Source: Phoronis australis
Taxonomy: Eukaryota; Animalia; Phoronida
DNA length: 64,000 bases
NCBI GenBank assembly: GCA_002633005.1
Contig: NMRA01000009.1
Span: 600,248-664,247, forward strand
Reading direction: 5' to 3'
The notes under the pieces are model-generated. The model searched no databases and was not told the DNA's origin. It saw nothing but the letters and a program-made list of their open reading frames with translations. The translations under genes and the position numbers were made by a program. This document shows, one piece after another, positions 41,601 through 53,182 of the stretch (position 1 is its first letter; each line of letters begins with the position of its first letter).

Positions 41601-44600
41601 CAACAACATCGCTAATTGATTTCTAATAGTCATTTTGTATTTGGTCCTTTTGCTAGACTAGTTTTCTTGTGAGTTAAACAAAACCTGCACTCATGTTTAT
41701 GTAACTGCAAATGTAAAATAACTTTGATATTTATATTTTCACCAGTCTATGGTTTAAATATAACCACTTAGTTTTTCCTGTGTTATTACATTTCACATCT
41801 TGGTTTTGGTCACCAGTCATCTTGACATCCTCTTTATTTTTATCTACATGCTACACTGATAATTAAGTCAGAATTGCAAAATTCAAATGGGAATGAATTA
41901 AATTAAATTTGCTGTGCCAGTTATCTTGCCACTGAAGCAATCAATGAACCCTGGTGAGAATTGCCAACTTATAAAATGCATCATGTTTTTATAGATAGTG
42001 TTGTATGTGGTGTTAAGTGTTTCAGCTGTATAATGGAGTACTCTTTTTGCTTATGCATTTTTGTTAATGTTTGCAGAAAAGTTATGATTTTTATTTATTT
42101 TGTACTTCTTTTGTATTGTGTTATTACCACTGTGTTCAGAGCCCCATGGAGAACAATCAACTGACTGATTACATCACCCTCGCTTAACACACTGATGTGA
42201 ATAAATGAATTTTGTTTTACATTTGTGTACTGCCATGATGTAATTATTTGAAAATTCGTATCAGGTAATAAATAAAAAATCACATCTTAAGGGTTTTGTG
42301 GTATACTGTAATCTTTGACATTTGACCTTTATGTTGTTAATTGCTCATGTTTAGTGCAAACTCATAACAATTTCCCAGCTTGTACACCTGTTTACCATCA
42401 TTACTGTCAGCTAGGGATTAGACTGACTTATCTCTGATTATCTACCAATGATATCAACCTGGCGCCCATTAATAACCCCATCACTCTGTGAACTGCCACC
42501 AGATCAGTCCACAGTCTACTTTAAATGGATTAGATTATGCCATTTCTCTAACATTTTTCTGAGAAAATTATTTTGAAACTTTCATCCAACATTTTTTGTT
42601 AAAAAGTACTACTGTATTTGCATAGTGGGTGATATTTGAATTGGGAACTTAAAAAATAGGAGTGATTGTTTAGCTGATAACCTTTATGTTTACCTGAATG
42701 TGGGTGTTGACCTGAATGAGGATGTTGACCTGAATGCGGGTGTTTACCTGAATGAGGGTTTTACCCTGAATGGGTGTAACCTGAATGTGGGTGTTGACCC
42801 GACCGAGGTTGTTAACCTGAATGTGGGTGTTGTCTTGGATGTGGCTATTGACTTGAATGTGGATGTTAACCTGAATGTCCGTGTTAACCTAGTACTGGAT
42901 GTTAACCTGAATGTCGGTGTTAACCTAGTACTGGATGTTAACTCAAGCATGATGTGTTTGAGTTGTTTTCCTGATTAAATACGGAACGGAACGTTGTGAA
43001 ATTGAGAGCAAACTGTTGTGTCAGAAATAAGATTTATCTTTAACATTGTGTCGACAGTCGACTCTGTATGACTGTCTACTGGCAACATGTTTTGGGTTTT
43101 TTAGATTGTTGGCTGTGGTTTTATTCGCCAACCTGTGAATTCAACTGAGCGTTACACCAAATGGGCCAACAGTCTTTCTCAAGAGCAACTTTATACTCAA
43201 GTAAGTCATTTGTGTTGTTAACTATTATATTCCTGTGTGACTGAGCAGGTTTATTTCTATATTTTAGGGCATTTTAGACATAATTTATTGGGTTTGTTTA
43301 GTGCATCCCTTAGGTTCCCTGTTTTAATCATGATTCACTTAGTAATGGGCTTTAAGCTGCTTTGATGGTTTTTTAATTTCACATTCTCATTAGGTGTCCT
43401 GCCAGTTCTGGTTTATTTGTTTTGCAGCCTGTGCTAGAAACAGGTTTGCTCATCTCCTCCAGGAGAAAACAATAATAATTAGGGGAAGTGATGGCTAGTT
43501 CTTGTTACAATCATTGTGTGACACCGGTCCTGGCACCCTATGTTCTAATCTCTTTACCTGACACCAGCCCTGCCACCCTATGGTCTAATCTCTTTACATG
43601 AAACTCGACCCAGTGCACAACATGTTTTCGAGGAAACAAAAATGTTTTGTTCTCAACTCAACTCATGTGACTTGAATGGTTTTGTTTCGAATGTGACTTT
43701 GAGTTGAATGTTGAGTTCAGAGTTTTGACCCAGGGAGGTATGTACTAAGTTCTCTATATTATGTCGTGGTCAGTTCAAAAGTATTTGGAAAGAAAAGAAC
43801 AAGATTGGAAATTGGAACCAGACTTTGTATATTTGTTGACCAGTCCTCCTGGAAACTGTTTTATGGAAAGCTTATGTCAGTTTGTGTTTTTAGACTTGGG
43901 AATCTTAACATTGAAAAACGATATCAGATTTTGGTTATAGCATTCATGTGCGCACCCAGCCTAAACATGGGGGTTCGAATTTTTGAGCATGTGGATTCAC
44001 AGGGTACGTTGATTATTAAATTGCATTGCATGCGCATGTAGGCAACTAGAAACCAACTGAGCCCACGTGTTACTACCAAACAAATTAATTGTTGTAAAAC
44101 GGTATGTCTCTACGCAGTCGCACATTCCTAATAACGCAGTCGCGTATTCCTAATAACGCAGTCGCATATTCCAAATTACGCTGTCACACATTCCTAATAA
44201 CGCACTCGCATATTGCTTATAACGCAGTCGCATATTCCTAATAACGTGAGCGCAATATACTTAAGATGATGTCTGTAAAGCATAAATGAGAGAAAGTTAT
44301 TTCGTACTTTTATTTACGTAAATAACACCACAAAAGAGCATGACGTCTGATAGTAACTTACTGAGGAATTGCATGTGCAGGAGGTCTAAGTGATGTAACA
44401 TGGTTCCTGAAACGAAGACGACTAGCTTTGTAAGTGCATCATAGGCCGCTATATATAACTATGGTTGGAAAATGAAAGTCTTATTTTCATTAAACATTAA
44501 TGTTAAAATTTAACGTGATTGTCAAACTGCACACTGAATATGCAGCACACTGTTTGTATATCATTTACTGGTCGAAGCAATTCAAAACAACACTTTCAAG

Positions 44601-47600
44601 TAGAAGCCTTTGTGGATGCTGGCAAATCTCGACACCACTTCTGAGAGGTCTATTGGCATGTTGTAATGAAGATGTATAAATGAGAGGTCTATTGGCATGT
44701 TGTAATGAAGATGTATCAATGTAAGTGGTTAGAGAGGATCTTCATTCATACTAGCGCGTGTGAATGTGTAGAGACTGACACTTGCGCTGCGTTCACATGC
44801 ATTACTAGTGACAGGTGATGTGCATGTGATATGCAATAGTGTATGAATCGTTGGGATACATCATGCCATCGCTTGATTTAAATGCTGTCCTCAGTGTTGA
44901 AGGAAGCCGATCTTCAGGCGTGTCCGAAAATTTGATGTGCCTTCTCAGTAACTCGCCATCAACCGTGTCTGGAGATGGAATATCTGTAGCGTGTGTGGTT
45001 AAGGCCCCGATGTCTGCTGGCTCTTTGGTGGTGGTCATAACACAAGGAACACGACTAATCATATCGGCCACTTTTCTGTGTATCTCACAGAATTGCGTTT
45101 CGAGTGGTTTCTAATGTGTGCAATAAATGGTATTGCCATGTTGATCCTGTAATATTGCTCTGGGAGATGATCCAACTCTAAGTCACTATTATCCCACTTG
45201 CTCTGGATTCGGTAAACGTGTGGCTTTGCTGGTGATACATCAACTTATTCAGCCATACTGCTGGCAAACGTATAGTCACTGCTGAACGATGAATCCATTT
45301 CCAGAGGTATATGGTCGTACACACAGCTGGTCTGGCTTATCATGTTATAGACATGTAATATAAGTTACACTTTAATATTGACAATTTTTAACAAACAAAT
45401 GCAGAAAACAACTGAAAAGTGCTTGAAGATCCTTTAACTCAATGTTTGAGACTACTTACAGAAAATCTGAAAAATTGTCCAGATGTCCTGTCCAATCCCC
45501 GGGATTCCTGTTTGAAAGGTCGCGGTTTATGTTTTTCAGGTTGGTTAGCTGTTTTGAAGGTGCAGGAGTCTGTTATGGACTCCGGCATATCTGTTTTCAC
45601 TGGGCTTCCTGTTTCGATTGAACACCCTGTTGCCAGTTGTTTGTAAACACATAGCAAAACTTCAATCAATGTTTGTGGGACCTTTTTGAAACGGACTGTT
45701 AAGCAATCTTCAGGAATCTTAAAATAGTAAGGTAATAGACGTTTTGGGAAGAAATGCTGAAAATGTTCAATTCAGGAAACTGAAGTTTATGAACCACTTA
45801 AAGCTCTAGTATATTTTTGTCTCCCTTGGCAGACCTTTATGTGCATAGCACCACATGGTGGCTCGATCTCCCCCTCTTCATTGATTTTAGAACTATGAAT
45901 TGTTTATTGGTCGAATTTTGGTAGTTCCTACCTTTGTATTGCACTTTTATCTCATTTTCTACTTTTTTCAGAGTATTTGTCTTTTTTGTTTTTCTGAGGC
46001 GGATCTTTTTGCCCACTTCGCCAAATGGGGAGGCTCATTTGAGCCCCCGAGCCCCCCCCTTGGGGGCACGCATGACATTATTATTAGAAATGAAATGAAA
46101 AAAATTTTTCACCATAACATTCATATTCACACACTGTTAGATGTGTTGCTGAATATCACCAATGACAACCAATAAGTGATTCCACAGCAAACTCCATTAC
46201 TTCAGCTTGTTAGTTTATGTTGCCATTATCTCTGTCTGGGCTTACTGTTTTCTGTCATCTGCTCAGCATCCACTACTGTATTGTGCGTCTCCTGCTGTAT
46301 TGTGCGTCCCCTGCTGTATCGTGTGTCCCCTGCTGTATCGTGCGTCTCCTGCTGTATCGCACATCCCCTGCTGTATCGTGCGTTCCCTGCNCTGTATCGT
46401 GCGTCTCCTGCTGCATCGTGCGTCTCCTGCTGTATCGCACGTCCCCTGCTGTATCGTGCGTTCCCTGCTGTATCATGCGTCCCCTGCTGTATCGTGTGTC
46501 CCCTGCTGTATTGTGCAGGACCTTTGTGAAATTTATTACGTTTTCCAATAAAGCTGACAACAACTGACCATGTGTTTCAGACTGATCTCACTATCATAGG
46601 TGTTAATTTGTATTAATTGTATTTTTTGTCTTAACGTGAATAAATTGTATTACTACTACCATTATGGCCCCTAGTGGCAATTTTATTTTTTTATGCTTAA
46701 CTCTGTAACTTGGGATGTATCGTCTCATATCCTTGGAGTTTTCTACGAATGTAACAACAGATGATGACGATTTTCAGGCAGATCTGGATACTGTTGTGCC
46801 CTCTAGTGGATTTTTTTGCATTTACATCTGTATTGTAGTTTCGTGACAGAATTTTGTGGATTTTTACATATAGGTTTCTGTTAGGTAAACAACAAATGTT
46901 TTAGGACTGATTAGACATATTCTGCACTACTTGTGGCCATTAATAGTTTCATTAGCTTTTCCGTCCACCAAACTACTCTTAGGATCTGTTTTCCTACAAG
47001 CATTTGCACCACTGACGTTGATTTTCTGACAGGCTTGACTACTATTGGCAATGTTTTTACATTTACAACTGTATCTCTTGAACCACTTGCAGGATCGTTA
47101 TGAAGTCCTATAAACATAGGAACAGATGACAGCTTTTGACTAACGCTGTGCCTCATAGTGACAATTCTATTTTTTATGTTTGCCTCTGTATCTTTGAAGT
47201 CTCAGGACGGATTTTCATAAAATTTTGCTAATAGTAGACGACGACGAGGCCTTCTTAATTTTGGACACAGGTTCAAGGCATTCTGCACCATCCAGCTAGT
47301 GTCCTTTTTGATAGTAATAAACATCCATTGAAGCATACTGTTTGCTGTGCTGTCATGGGCGCATTTCAATGCTTTGCTTGCTCTTGTATAATTTAGTGCA
47401 AGGCTGGTTTTTGCGTATCATCTATAATGGTGTCATATTGAATTGTTTACATTACCTTCAGGCATACACATCTCATGGACCCACCGTTATCATGCCGTCT
47501 TGGTTCTGTAAGAGAGATGTCTTCATGAAAGTGGGACAGTTTGTGGAATCTGGCAAGGTGATTAATCAACTATTTTACTCTTGATGAGGTTTCACTGTTA

Positions 47601-50600
47601 CTTAAAAATGATTTCAAAGTCTAGGCATTTTGTTCACCGTAAAAATTTTGATGTTCCATTTTTATTTTATCGTAATCGCTGTAGGGCTGCCCTGAAGACC
47701 TCATTTTCTTTTACGAACACCTGAAGCTCGGTGGCCAGCTGTTTAAAGTGAATGAAAGACTGATGACTTACAGATACCACCAGGGGGCAGCATCATTCTC
47801 TGTAAATGAGTAAGTTGTGGGCTGAAGGTATTTTAGTGTGAAAGACATGAAGTTTCAATGGGGCTCTGAAATGTTAGAATTTAAAAAGTGCTTTAGAACA
47901 TCAGGATGCTCATTATCGTGTTTCATGTGACGCGTAAGATTGTTTTGCAATCTTTCAGAAGAGGGACTGCAAATGTTTTGTAATTAAGTGTAAGTAGCTG
48001 TGGCTCAGTATTTGTTTATGGTGCCTGTAATTCTATTGCTGTACTTTGCATTCATACTGACCACAGCACTCTGTGTTTATAGTGACTATAGCACTCTGTG
48101 TTTTAACTGACTACAGCACTCTGTGTTTATACTCACTACAGTAATTTGTGTTTATACTCACTACAGCACTTTGTGTTTATACTGACTACAGCACTCTGTG
48201 TTTATACTGACTACAGCACTCTGTGTTTATACTGACTACAGCACTCTGTGTTTATACTGACTACAGCACTCTGTGTTTATACTGACTACAGCNTCTTTAG
48301 GGAGACTATCTGGAAACACAGAGTGAACTTTTTCCAAGAGAGGGTTCTGAGTTCATGGAGTCAGTTTACAATTTGGAATGCTGGGAAATTGGGGAAAAGG
48401 CTGTTTCGAAGCCTAACACCTGACAATCAAAGAAAGGTATGTAACTTGAAACCGACTGTATAATTTTTAGATGCAAATTTGCTGAACTATTTTGCTACAG
48501 GCTTGATGAACTAAACGCAAAACTTCATGTTTGTTTTTTTGTTTCAGGTCAAGATGTTTTGTGATGTTGATGACAAGAAAATTGATAAAGGGTTTTATAC
48601 TTATGAAGAATCCAAAGTAAGTTTTTGATTGTCTGTCTCTGTATTACACGATTTTCACACCTAATCAGCAAGATAACAAAACTTGTTTGTTGATAGTTGT
48701 ATAATAATTGTTCATGCTATTGTGGTTCAGATCAATGGAACTTTTTTCCAGTTTGTTTCAGCTCTTAAAATGCTACTGTTAGTTCTCTGTTGTGTTTTTT
48801 GCTAAAATAAGTCAAAATATTATTATGGTGGAATGTTGAAAGAAACATATATCATCTGGGAATATTTTCAATGTGTGATGCACACAAGGCTCACTATAAT
48901 ATTTGCTAAAAATAATCTTACACGAACACATTCAATTAATTCGTTCATGGTGCAATCAGTCAACAGCATGATATATTCATTTTATCTGATGGTTGACTAC
49001 TGATAGTATTTGACTCAACTTTCCCTTGTGAACAGTTCTGAGTGCATCAGTGTCATGAGAGATGGGTTTAACATTGCTGTGAATGAATTTTTGTGAATGC
49101 AAAAAGGGTTTTCTTGAATCAAAGTTATTTTTAAGCAAATCTGCTGTCGCCATTCCTTTCCCCCTCCCTTCCTCCTCCAGTTTCTGAACTGAAGTCTGAA
49201 AATAAACCAAAACAAGAATTCTGAACTATTTCAGCTCTTTTACTTTTAAGAAAATCTTGCCAACACTTTGTATGTTAATTGTAATTTAACTAAATTTGAC
49301 ATTTCTGTTTTAGGAGAAGCCCAAACCCCAGATACCAATTGTTCATTATCAGAATGCACTGCCACCTCTTGTCATCTGTGTTAAACAGGTATATAATGAA
49401 GGATAGAGCCAGTTCTGTGAATAGAACATTCTAGTAAACTGTAAACAGATTGTTACATCATGATTATTTTTTTTTAAAGACTTTTCTCTGGAGTTCTGCA
49501 AATGTCTTGTCTGCTTGTTGTTCATGTCAATCCTCACAGCCAATCACCACGATCATTTTGAAAACTAACAAATTGGCTTCAAATCAGATTTTCTTTCAGC
49601 TGTGCTGTCGGGAGATTTTATTTGAAAGTGTTTTCCTTACATTGTTGGTGTTGTTTAAAAGGGAAGGCAACATTTTTTCATGTCATTCTTAGCAAAAATA
49701 AGGTTCGTTGATTATCCCAGACATATTTTTCACTTGTTTACTGCTTTTCGTAATTTAATTAATTACTCGTCGTCTACTCTGGAAGTGACGTTTTGGGAGG
49801 CAAGAATTTCGCGCCAATTTCTTTTCATACAGTCTGACTGTGACAGCAGTCGAGTCAGTCATTGTTTTACCTCGGTTGTGATAAGTTCGGTCGTCGTTTG
49901 CTTTTGCTTACGAGTCAGTCAACATGCCACGCTGTTGCTGCGTACTGGGGTGTACTCATTATCGTCTCACGTGCACAGGAAGAACTGTCCCACTTGCCTG
50001 AGTGTACCGCGACACACTCCCACTGGAGGGTGATCTGAGCACCCAAACTGCTTACATCCCGCCGTGTGACTCCCTCGTCACACACCTGGCACCTTCTAAA
50101 TAGCTCCAATACAAGTCCATAATAAACTTATCAAACTTAGGCTCACCGATCTGTTCATTGGATGACGAACTGTCCTCTTCACTGGGTGTCAAACTGGGCT
50201 TGTATTCACTCCCACTACTCACTATCGCTGCAGTGCTGCTTACAGGCTCTGCTGGAGCTAGAGACAACAACACAGGGCGAATTACTGCTAGTTCCTGCAA
50301 TTGCACGCAATGGGGTACGTTCAGAGGCACGGGTGACAGTAGATGAAGTGCCTCCAGTCACTGTATATAGTGGCCACAGCTCGCGAGGCTTCTCGCTTCA
50401 AAAACGCACTTCTCGGGGTTGGCGACAGGGCACTGCCGGGAATCAACAGCAACGGCATGGTACCCTTCTTCAGGCGTTGTTTCGGCACGCAGCAACAGCG
50501 TGGCATGTTGACTGACTTGTTAACAAAAGCAAACGACGACCGAACTTATCACAACCGAAGTAGAACAATGACTGACTCGACAGCTCTCACAGTCAGACTA

Positions 50601-50904
50601 TAAGGAAAAGAAATTGGCGCGAATCTCTTGCCTCCCAAAACGTCACTTCTGGAGTAGAGGACGAGAAATTAATCAAATTACGAAAAGATGTGATAGGAAA
50701 AAAGGTTGCCTTCGCCTTTAAAGTGACTGAATTGCAAAGTCGTTGAGAATGCCTTTTTACTAAATTATTTGTCAAACAAGTGCTTAGTTTTTGTATAAAA
50801 ATATCACTGCATTTTGTTTCTAGGACCTAACAGGGGGTGTATTTGAAGCAATCCTATCATCCCTTGCCTTACAAGAAGGAACAGATTATTTCCACTTTGG
50901 ATGA
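26639..50904 (+). CDS. QTGAL: Queuosine-tRNA galactosyltransferase (QTGAL/B3GNTL1, GT2 family): join(26639..26653, 28483..28599, [exon 3 not found], 38807..38871, 40233..40298, 43105..43200, 47462..47557, 47685..47809, 48301..48436, 48548..48616, 49314..49388, 50824..50904)
   Basis: The spliced translation follows B3GNTL1 end to end: [36 protein letters not shown] (DxD), [71 protein letters not shown]. All observed junctions are GT-AG and phase-compatible except exon 2 to exon 4. Confidence 0.93.
27683..27759. repeat. 11-bp tandem repeat x7
   Basis: tga(t/c)ggtacat. Confidence 0.9.
28483..28599 (+). CDS. QTGAL: QTGAL exon 2
   Basis: ttgcag|TCA...ACG|gttagt; [39 protein letters not shown]. 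Confidence 0.93.
28679..29058. repeat. 30-bp minisatellite x~12.5
   Basis: aaataaccagtgatgagtcttatggtgtca. Confidence 0.95.
29513..29676. repeat. 33-bp minisatellite x5
   Basis: cactgactgtactgcaggtgggtgggtgtatag. Confidence 0.95.
30241..34137. mobile_element. Non-autonomous Tc1/mariner-pogo-like element (outer), TA TSD
   Basis: TA|CCGTATTCGCCCTAATAAGTGCCC ... GGGCGCTTATTAGGGCGAATACGG|TA (24-bp TIR, 1 mismatch); subterminal TAAGCGCCC motifs; no transposase ORF. Confidence 0.88.
31315..33722. mobile_element. Nested non-autonomous pogo-like element (inner, 2.4 kb), TA TSD
   Basis: TA|CCGTAAACGTTCGGGTTAACGCCC ... GGGCGTTAACCCGAACGTTTACGG|TA (perfect 24-bp TIR); arrays of TAA(C/G)CGCCCA at both ends. 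Confidence 0.9.
34659..34863. repeat. 41-bp minisatellite x5
   Basis: acaatatttgaacatgcgcaccattgctctatgatgttttc. Confidence 0.95.
35590..35980 (-). mobile_element. Penelope-like retroelement fragment (RT C-terminal/linker region, frameshifted)
   Basis: [34 protein letters not shown] ... [15 protein letters not shown]...[14 protein letters not shown] are typical Penelope/GIY-YIG element motifs. Confidence 0.88.
38807..38871 (+). CDS. QTGAL: QTGAL exon 4
   Basis: tttcag|TG GGT CAT...GCA|gtatgt; (V)[21 protein letters not shown]. Confidence 0.93.
38963..39618. repeat. 33-bp near-perfect minisatellite x~20, ending at an N
   Basis: catggcagctatgtgcagcgagttatgtactgt. Confidence 0.97.
40233..40298 (+). 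CDS. QTGAL: QTGAL exon 5
   Basis: ttttcag|GAT...GCT|gtgagt; [22 protein letters not shown], completing the DxD motif. Confidence 0.9.
42690..42941. repeat. Degenerate 18-bp tandem repeat
   Basis: gtt(a/g)acctgaatgtgggt-like units. Confidence 0.8.
43105..43200 (+). CDS. QTGAL: QTGAL exon 6
   Basis: ttttag|ATT...CAA|gtaagt; [32 protein letters not shown]. Confidence 0.93.
44112..44245. repeat. 22-bp tandem repeat x6
   Basis: acgcagtcgcatattcctaata. Confidence 0.9.
44580..45340 (-). pseudogene. hAT transposase C-terminal remnant including dimerisation domain
   Basis: Frameshifted [17 protein letters not shown]...VPCVM...[14 protein letters not shown]...[19 protein letters not shown]...[12 protein letters not shown]...RASMNED...[16 protein letters not shown]. 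Confidence 0.85.
46276..46515. repeat. ~21-bp minisatellite
   Basis: cctgctgtatcgtgcgtc(t/c)-type units with an internal N. Confidence 0.9.
46600..47300 (-). repeat. Second, inverted copy of the modular HINE-like family
   Basis: Reverse-complement modules (ccccctagtggcaatttt, ctgtatct..ggattttcataaaattt) match 57430-58640. Confidence 0.5.
47462..47557 (+). CDS. QTGAL: QTGAL exon 7
   Basis: cttcag|GCA...AAG|gtgatt; [32 protein letters not shown]. Confidence 0.92.
47685..47809 (+). CDS. QTGAL: QTGAL exon 8
   Basis: ctgtag|GGC...GA|gtaagt; [41 protein letters not shown]. Confidence 0.93.
48055..48292. repeat. 25-bp minisatellite x~9.5 abutting the QTGAL exon 9 acceptor
   Basis: actgactacagcactctgtgtttat. 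Confidence 0.93.
48301..48436 (+). CDS. QTGAL: QTGAL exon 9
   Basis: ctttag|G GAG...AAG|gtatgt; [45 protein letters not shown]. Confidence 0.93.
48548..48616 (+). CDS. QTGAL: QTGAL exon 10
   Basis: tttcag|GTC...AAA|gtaagt; [23 protein letters not shown]. Confidence 0.93.
49314..49388 (+). CDS. QTGAL: QTGAL exon 11
   Basis: ttttag|GAG...CAG|gtatat; [25 protein letters not shown]. Confidence 0.92.
49659..50717. mobile_element. Kolobok-derived non-autonomous element built from two inverted 5' ends, TTAA TSD
   Basis: TTAA|AAGGGAAGGCAAC ... GTTGCCTTCGCCT|TTAA; ~200-bp inverted arms each ending in a THAP start (MPRCCCV); minus-strand remnant [34 protein letters not shown] resembles the Kolobok H2CH zinc finger. 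Confidence 0.8.
50824..50904 (+). CDS. QTGAL: QTGAL exon 12 (terminal)
   Basis: ttctag|GAC...TGA; [26 protein letters not shown]. Confidence 0.93.
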   Translation, partial: DLTGGVFEAILSSLALQEGTDYFHFG

Positions 50905-51299
50905 AAGCTTTGGGACTTGAGGCCTTTATCAGTCACAGTCACTGGAGCAAGAGTCTGTTATTGCGAGAGTGGTAAAGTCTTGTTCTGAAGAGACTGCGAG
51001 CTACTCACTGGCCTTCGAATGGCATGCCCTGGCTCCAAACAGTGATCAGCTGTCGCAAGTCCTGAGAAGATATCGGCAACATCCAGAACTAATCTTGCCA
51101 TAGATGGCTCAAAAGACTATGAAAGTGTGAATGTAATGGTCGTCTCATGAGCATCAGCAACCAATGGGCCTGATCGCCTGGGACCGAGAACTCTTACAGC
51201 CACCTGGCTGTACCAGAAGGAACTTCTTTTCTCACAGCAGGTGGCATGACTTAGAAAAGACCCTTTTACACATAATGTTGTGAAACAAGATCTATTTTA

Positions 51300-51305
51300 A
51301 ATAAA
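51300..51305 (+). terminator. Candidate QTGAL polyadenylation signal
   Basis: First AATAAA about 400 nt after the stop codon. Confidence 0.4.
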
Positions 51306-51412
51306 CATTTTAACCTTTATAATATTGCTGAGGTCCAAGTGATCAGTTTGCTATGTTGCTGGTCAGACATATCAAGAACTGATTCTGTCTTACGTCATTG
51401 CAGCATTCCAAT

Positions 51413-51760
51413 AGGGATGTCCCAGATTACAGGGCGATAGAACCCTCCTTTGTAGCGAAGATAAGAAAGTGTGTCACCTAGTTTTAGAAATCACGCACAT
51501 TTTCGCGTCTCTCATTGATGTCGGGAAGGTGAAAATTTTCAGATCACACATCCACGGGTATTCGTCCCGTTTATCAAACTTTTTCACGTTGCAGCCCACA
51601 GCACTACAGTAACACTTTGTTAGCATTGGAAGGACGAAAAGAGTAATGCAACCAAGAAAAACAAATAACGTGAAACTCCAGTGGCACGAAAACGAGGCAG
51701 CAAATGTTCCTGATGGATGTTTACGGCATTGAGTGTTGCTGAATAATCCGTAACGACCCT
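51413..51760 (-). mobile_element. ISL2EU-like MITE with truncated THAP ORF (51474..51626)
   Basis: caAT|AGGG...CCCT|ATtg with imperfect TIR; MLTKCYCSAVGCN...KIFTFP is a THAP N-terminus. Confidence 0.65.
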
Positions 51761-53182
51761 ATTGTCTTTATCACATGACAAATAAGTCAAATTGCCAATA
51801 ACTGAATGTTTTATTGTAATTTCATGACATACATCAGCACTTTGTGATTATCAAGTGAGGAGGAAATAATACTACAAGAAAAATGAAACTTTGCACAAGA
51901 CACGCAAGTCATCCAACCTGCCAGCACCTGACAGATGTGCACACAACACCTTCTGGAGGCAGCGCACACACACAAACAGTTTATCTCGGCACCTATGCAC
52001 TACTGTCTACACAGTACAAGAGAGATCACCGACCTTGACTGAAATCATTTCATAAGGCAATAAAACACTTATTGAACTTCATACCAGTAATACTCTTGTC
52101 AGAGTAAACACTAGTAAATTCTGAAAATTGACTTCAATGGTCTGAATCAAACATGAATTTACCATTCACAAGGTTCCAGATTTCCTCAAAGATACAACCT
52201 CTATATTTTGATGAATGGCTTTACATTAGATGATAATCCGCTCTTTTTGTATATGGCATTCACCGAGATAAACTTTGGACAACTAAAATGTATCCTATAG
52301 AAAAGTGACTTAATACCAGATACAAACATCTGTACCTCAGGAACTAAAAATGCTCTTGGCTCTTGCTAATGCAACAAAGACAAAGATTTGCACACAGAGA
52401 CCTGTACCCAGGTTTCAATCACTGCAGTACTTATAACTATTCCAAAACTGACCAGTTGCATCTCTCCATTCCAGTAACTTGCAAATTCGTACTCTAATGA
52501 AGCAGTGTCATTGGTTATACTTGCAGTCTGAGTAAAGTCTTAAGTTCGAATTAGCTTCTGAACCCTGGTAATAAATCATTAAAAATTTCAAGAAAACATC
52601 CTGGACCTTGAAATTTGTTTCTAAGCCCATGTTACATGACCAATTGTCTAATAATACTCATGGTAGCAAGTGAACTTACTCAGCACAATTCATAATATCA
52701 ATAAGTGTGTTGGGAACACATTGGGCTGAGTGATTAGCAACATGCATGTTGATGAGTCAGTCACAATCAAACAAACAGTTAATTACACAAAACATATACT
52801 TAGCTTACAAGAACAAACAGCAAACAGAACCATGCATGTGCTGCTGGAAAAAACACTAGTGTTGGGAAAATTATAATTTTCGGAACCCAAAATATGCATA
52901 AACATATAACGCTGGATACATATCAAAAGATAGGTAAATAAGATGGAGAATCAAATGGAAAGAAAAGTGTTCCATCAAAAGCATACAAGTTCATAGCATT
53001 CCTCTTTATTGAATGTATAAATCAAAATACAGCTAAACCTGTACGAGGCAAATGTAATTAAAACAACTCTAGAGCATGGATAATTGGTCATATTTCACTA
53101 GCGGTCATACAAAGCAAAATTATAATGATAGACATGTCTAAGAGGCATAGCACATTCTAAGGGTACTGAGACCATGGAACAA

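Larger units (their letters stand above)
43945..46074 (-). mobile_element. Decayed hAT DNA transposon (PRKRIR/THAP12-like transposase), antisense in QTGAL intron 6
   Basis: Imperfect ends CATGTGCGCACCCA / CATGCGTGCCCCCA with G-rich GGGGG(T/C)TCG subterminal motif; contains a transposase remnant. The TSD is degenerate, so the boundaries are tentative. Confidence 0.6.

Noticed and set aside
50902-51250. Selenocysteine or stop-codon readthrough at the QTGAL TGA
   Set aside because: The stop coincides with the normal ortholog C-terminus, and no SECIS-like element could be supported.
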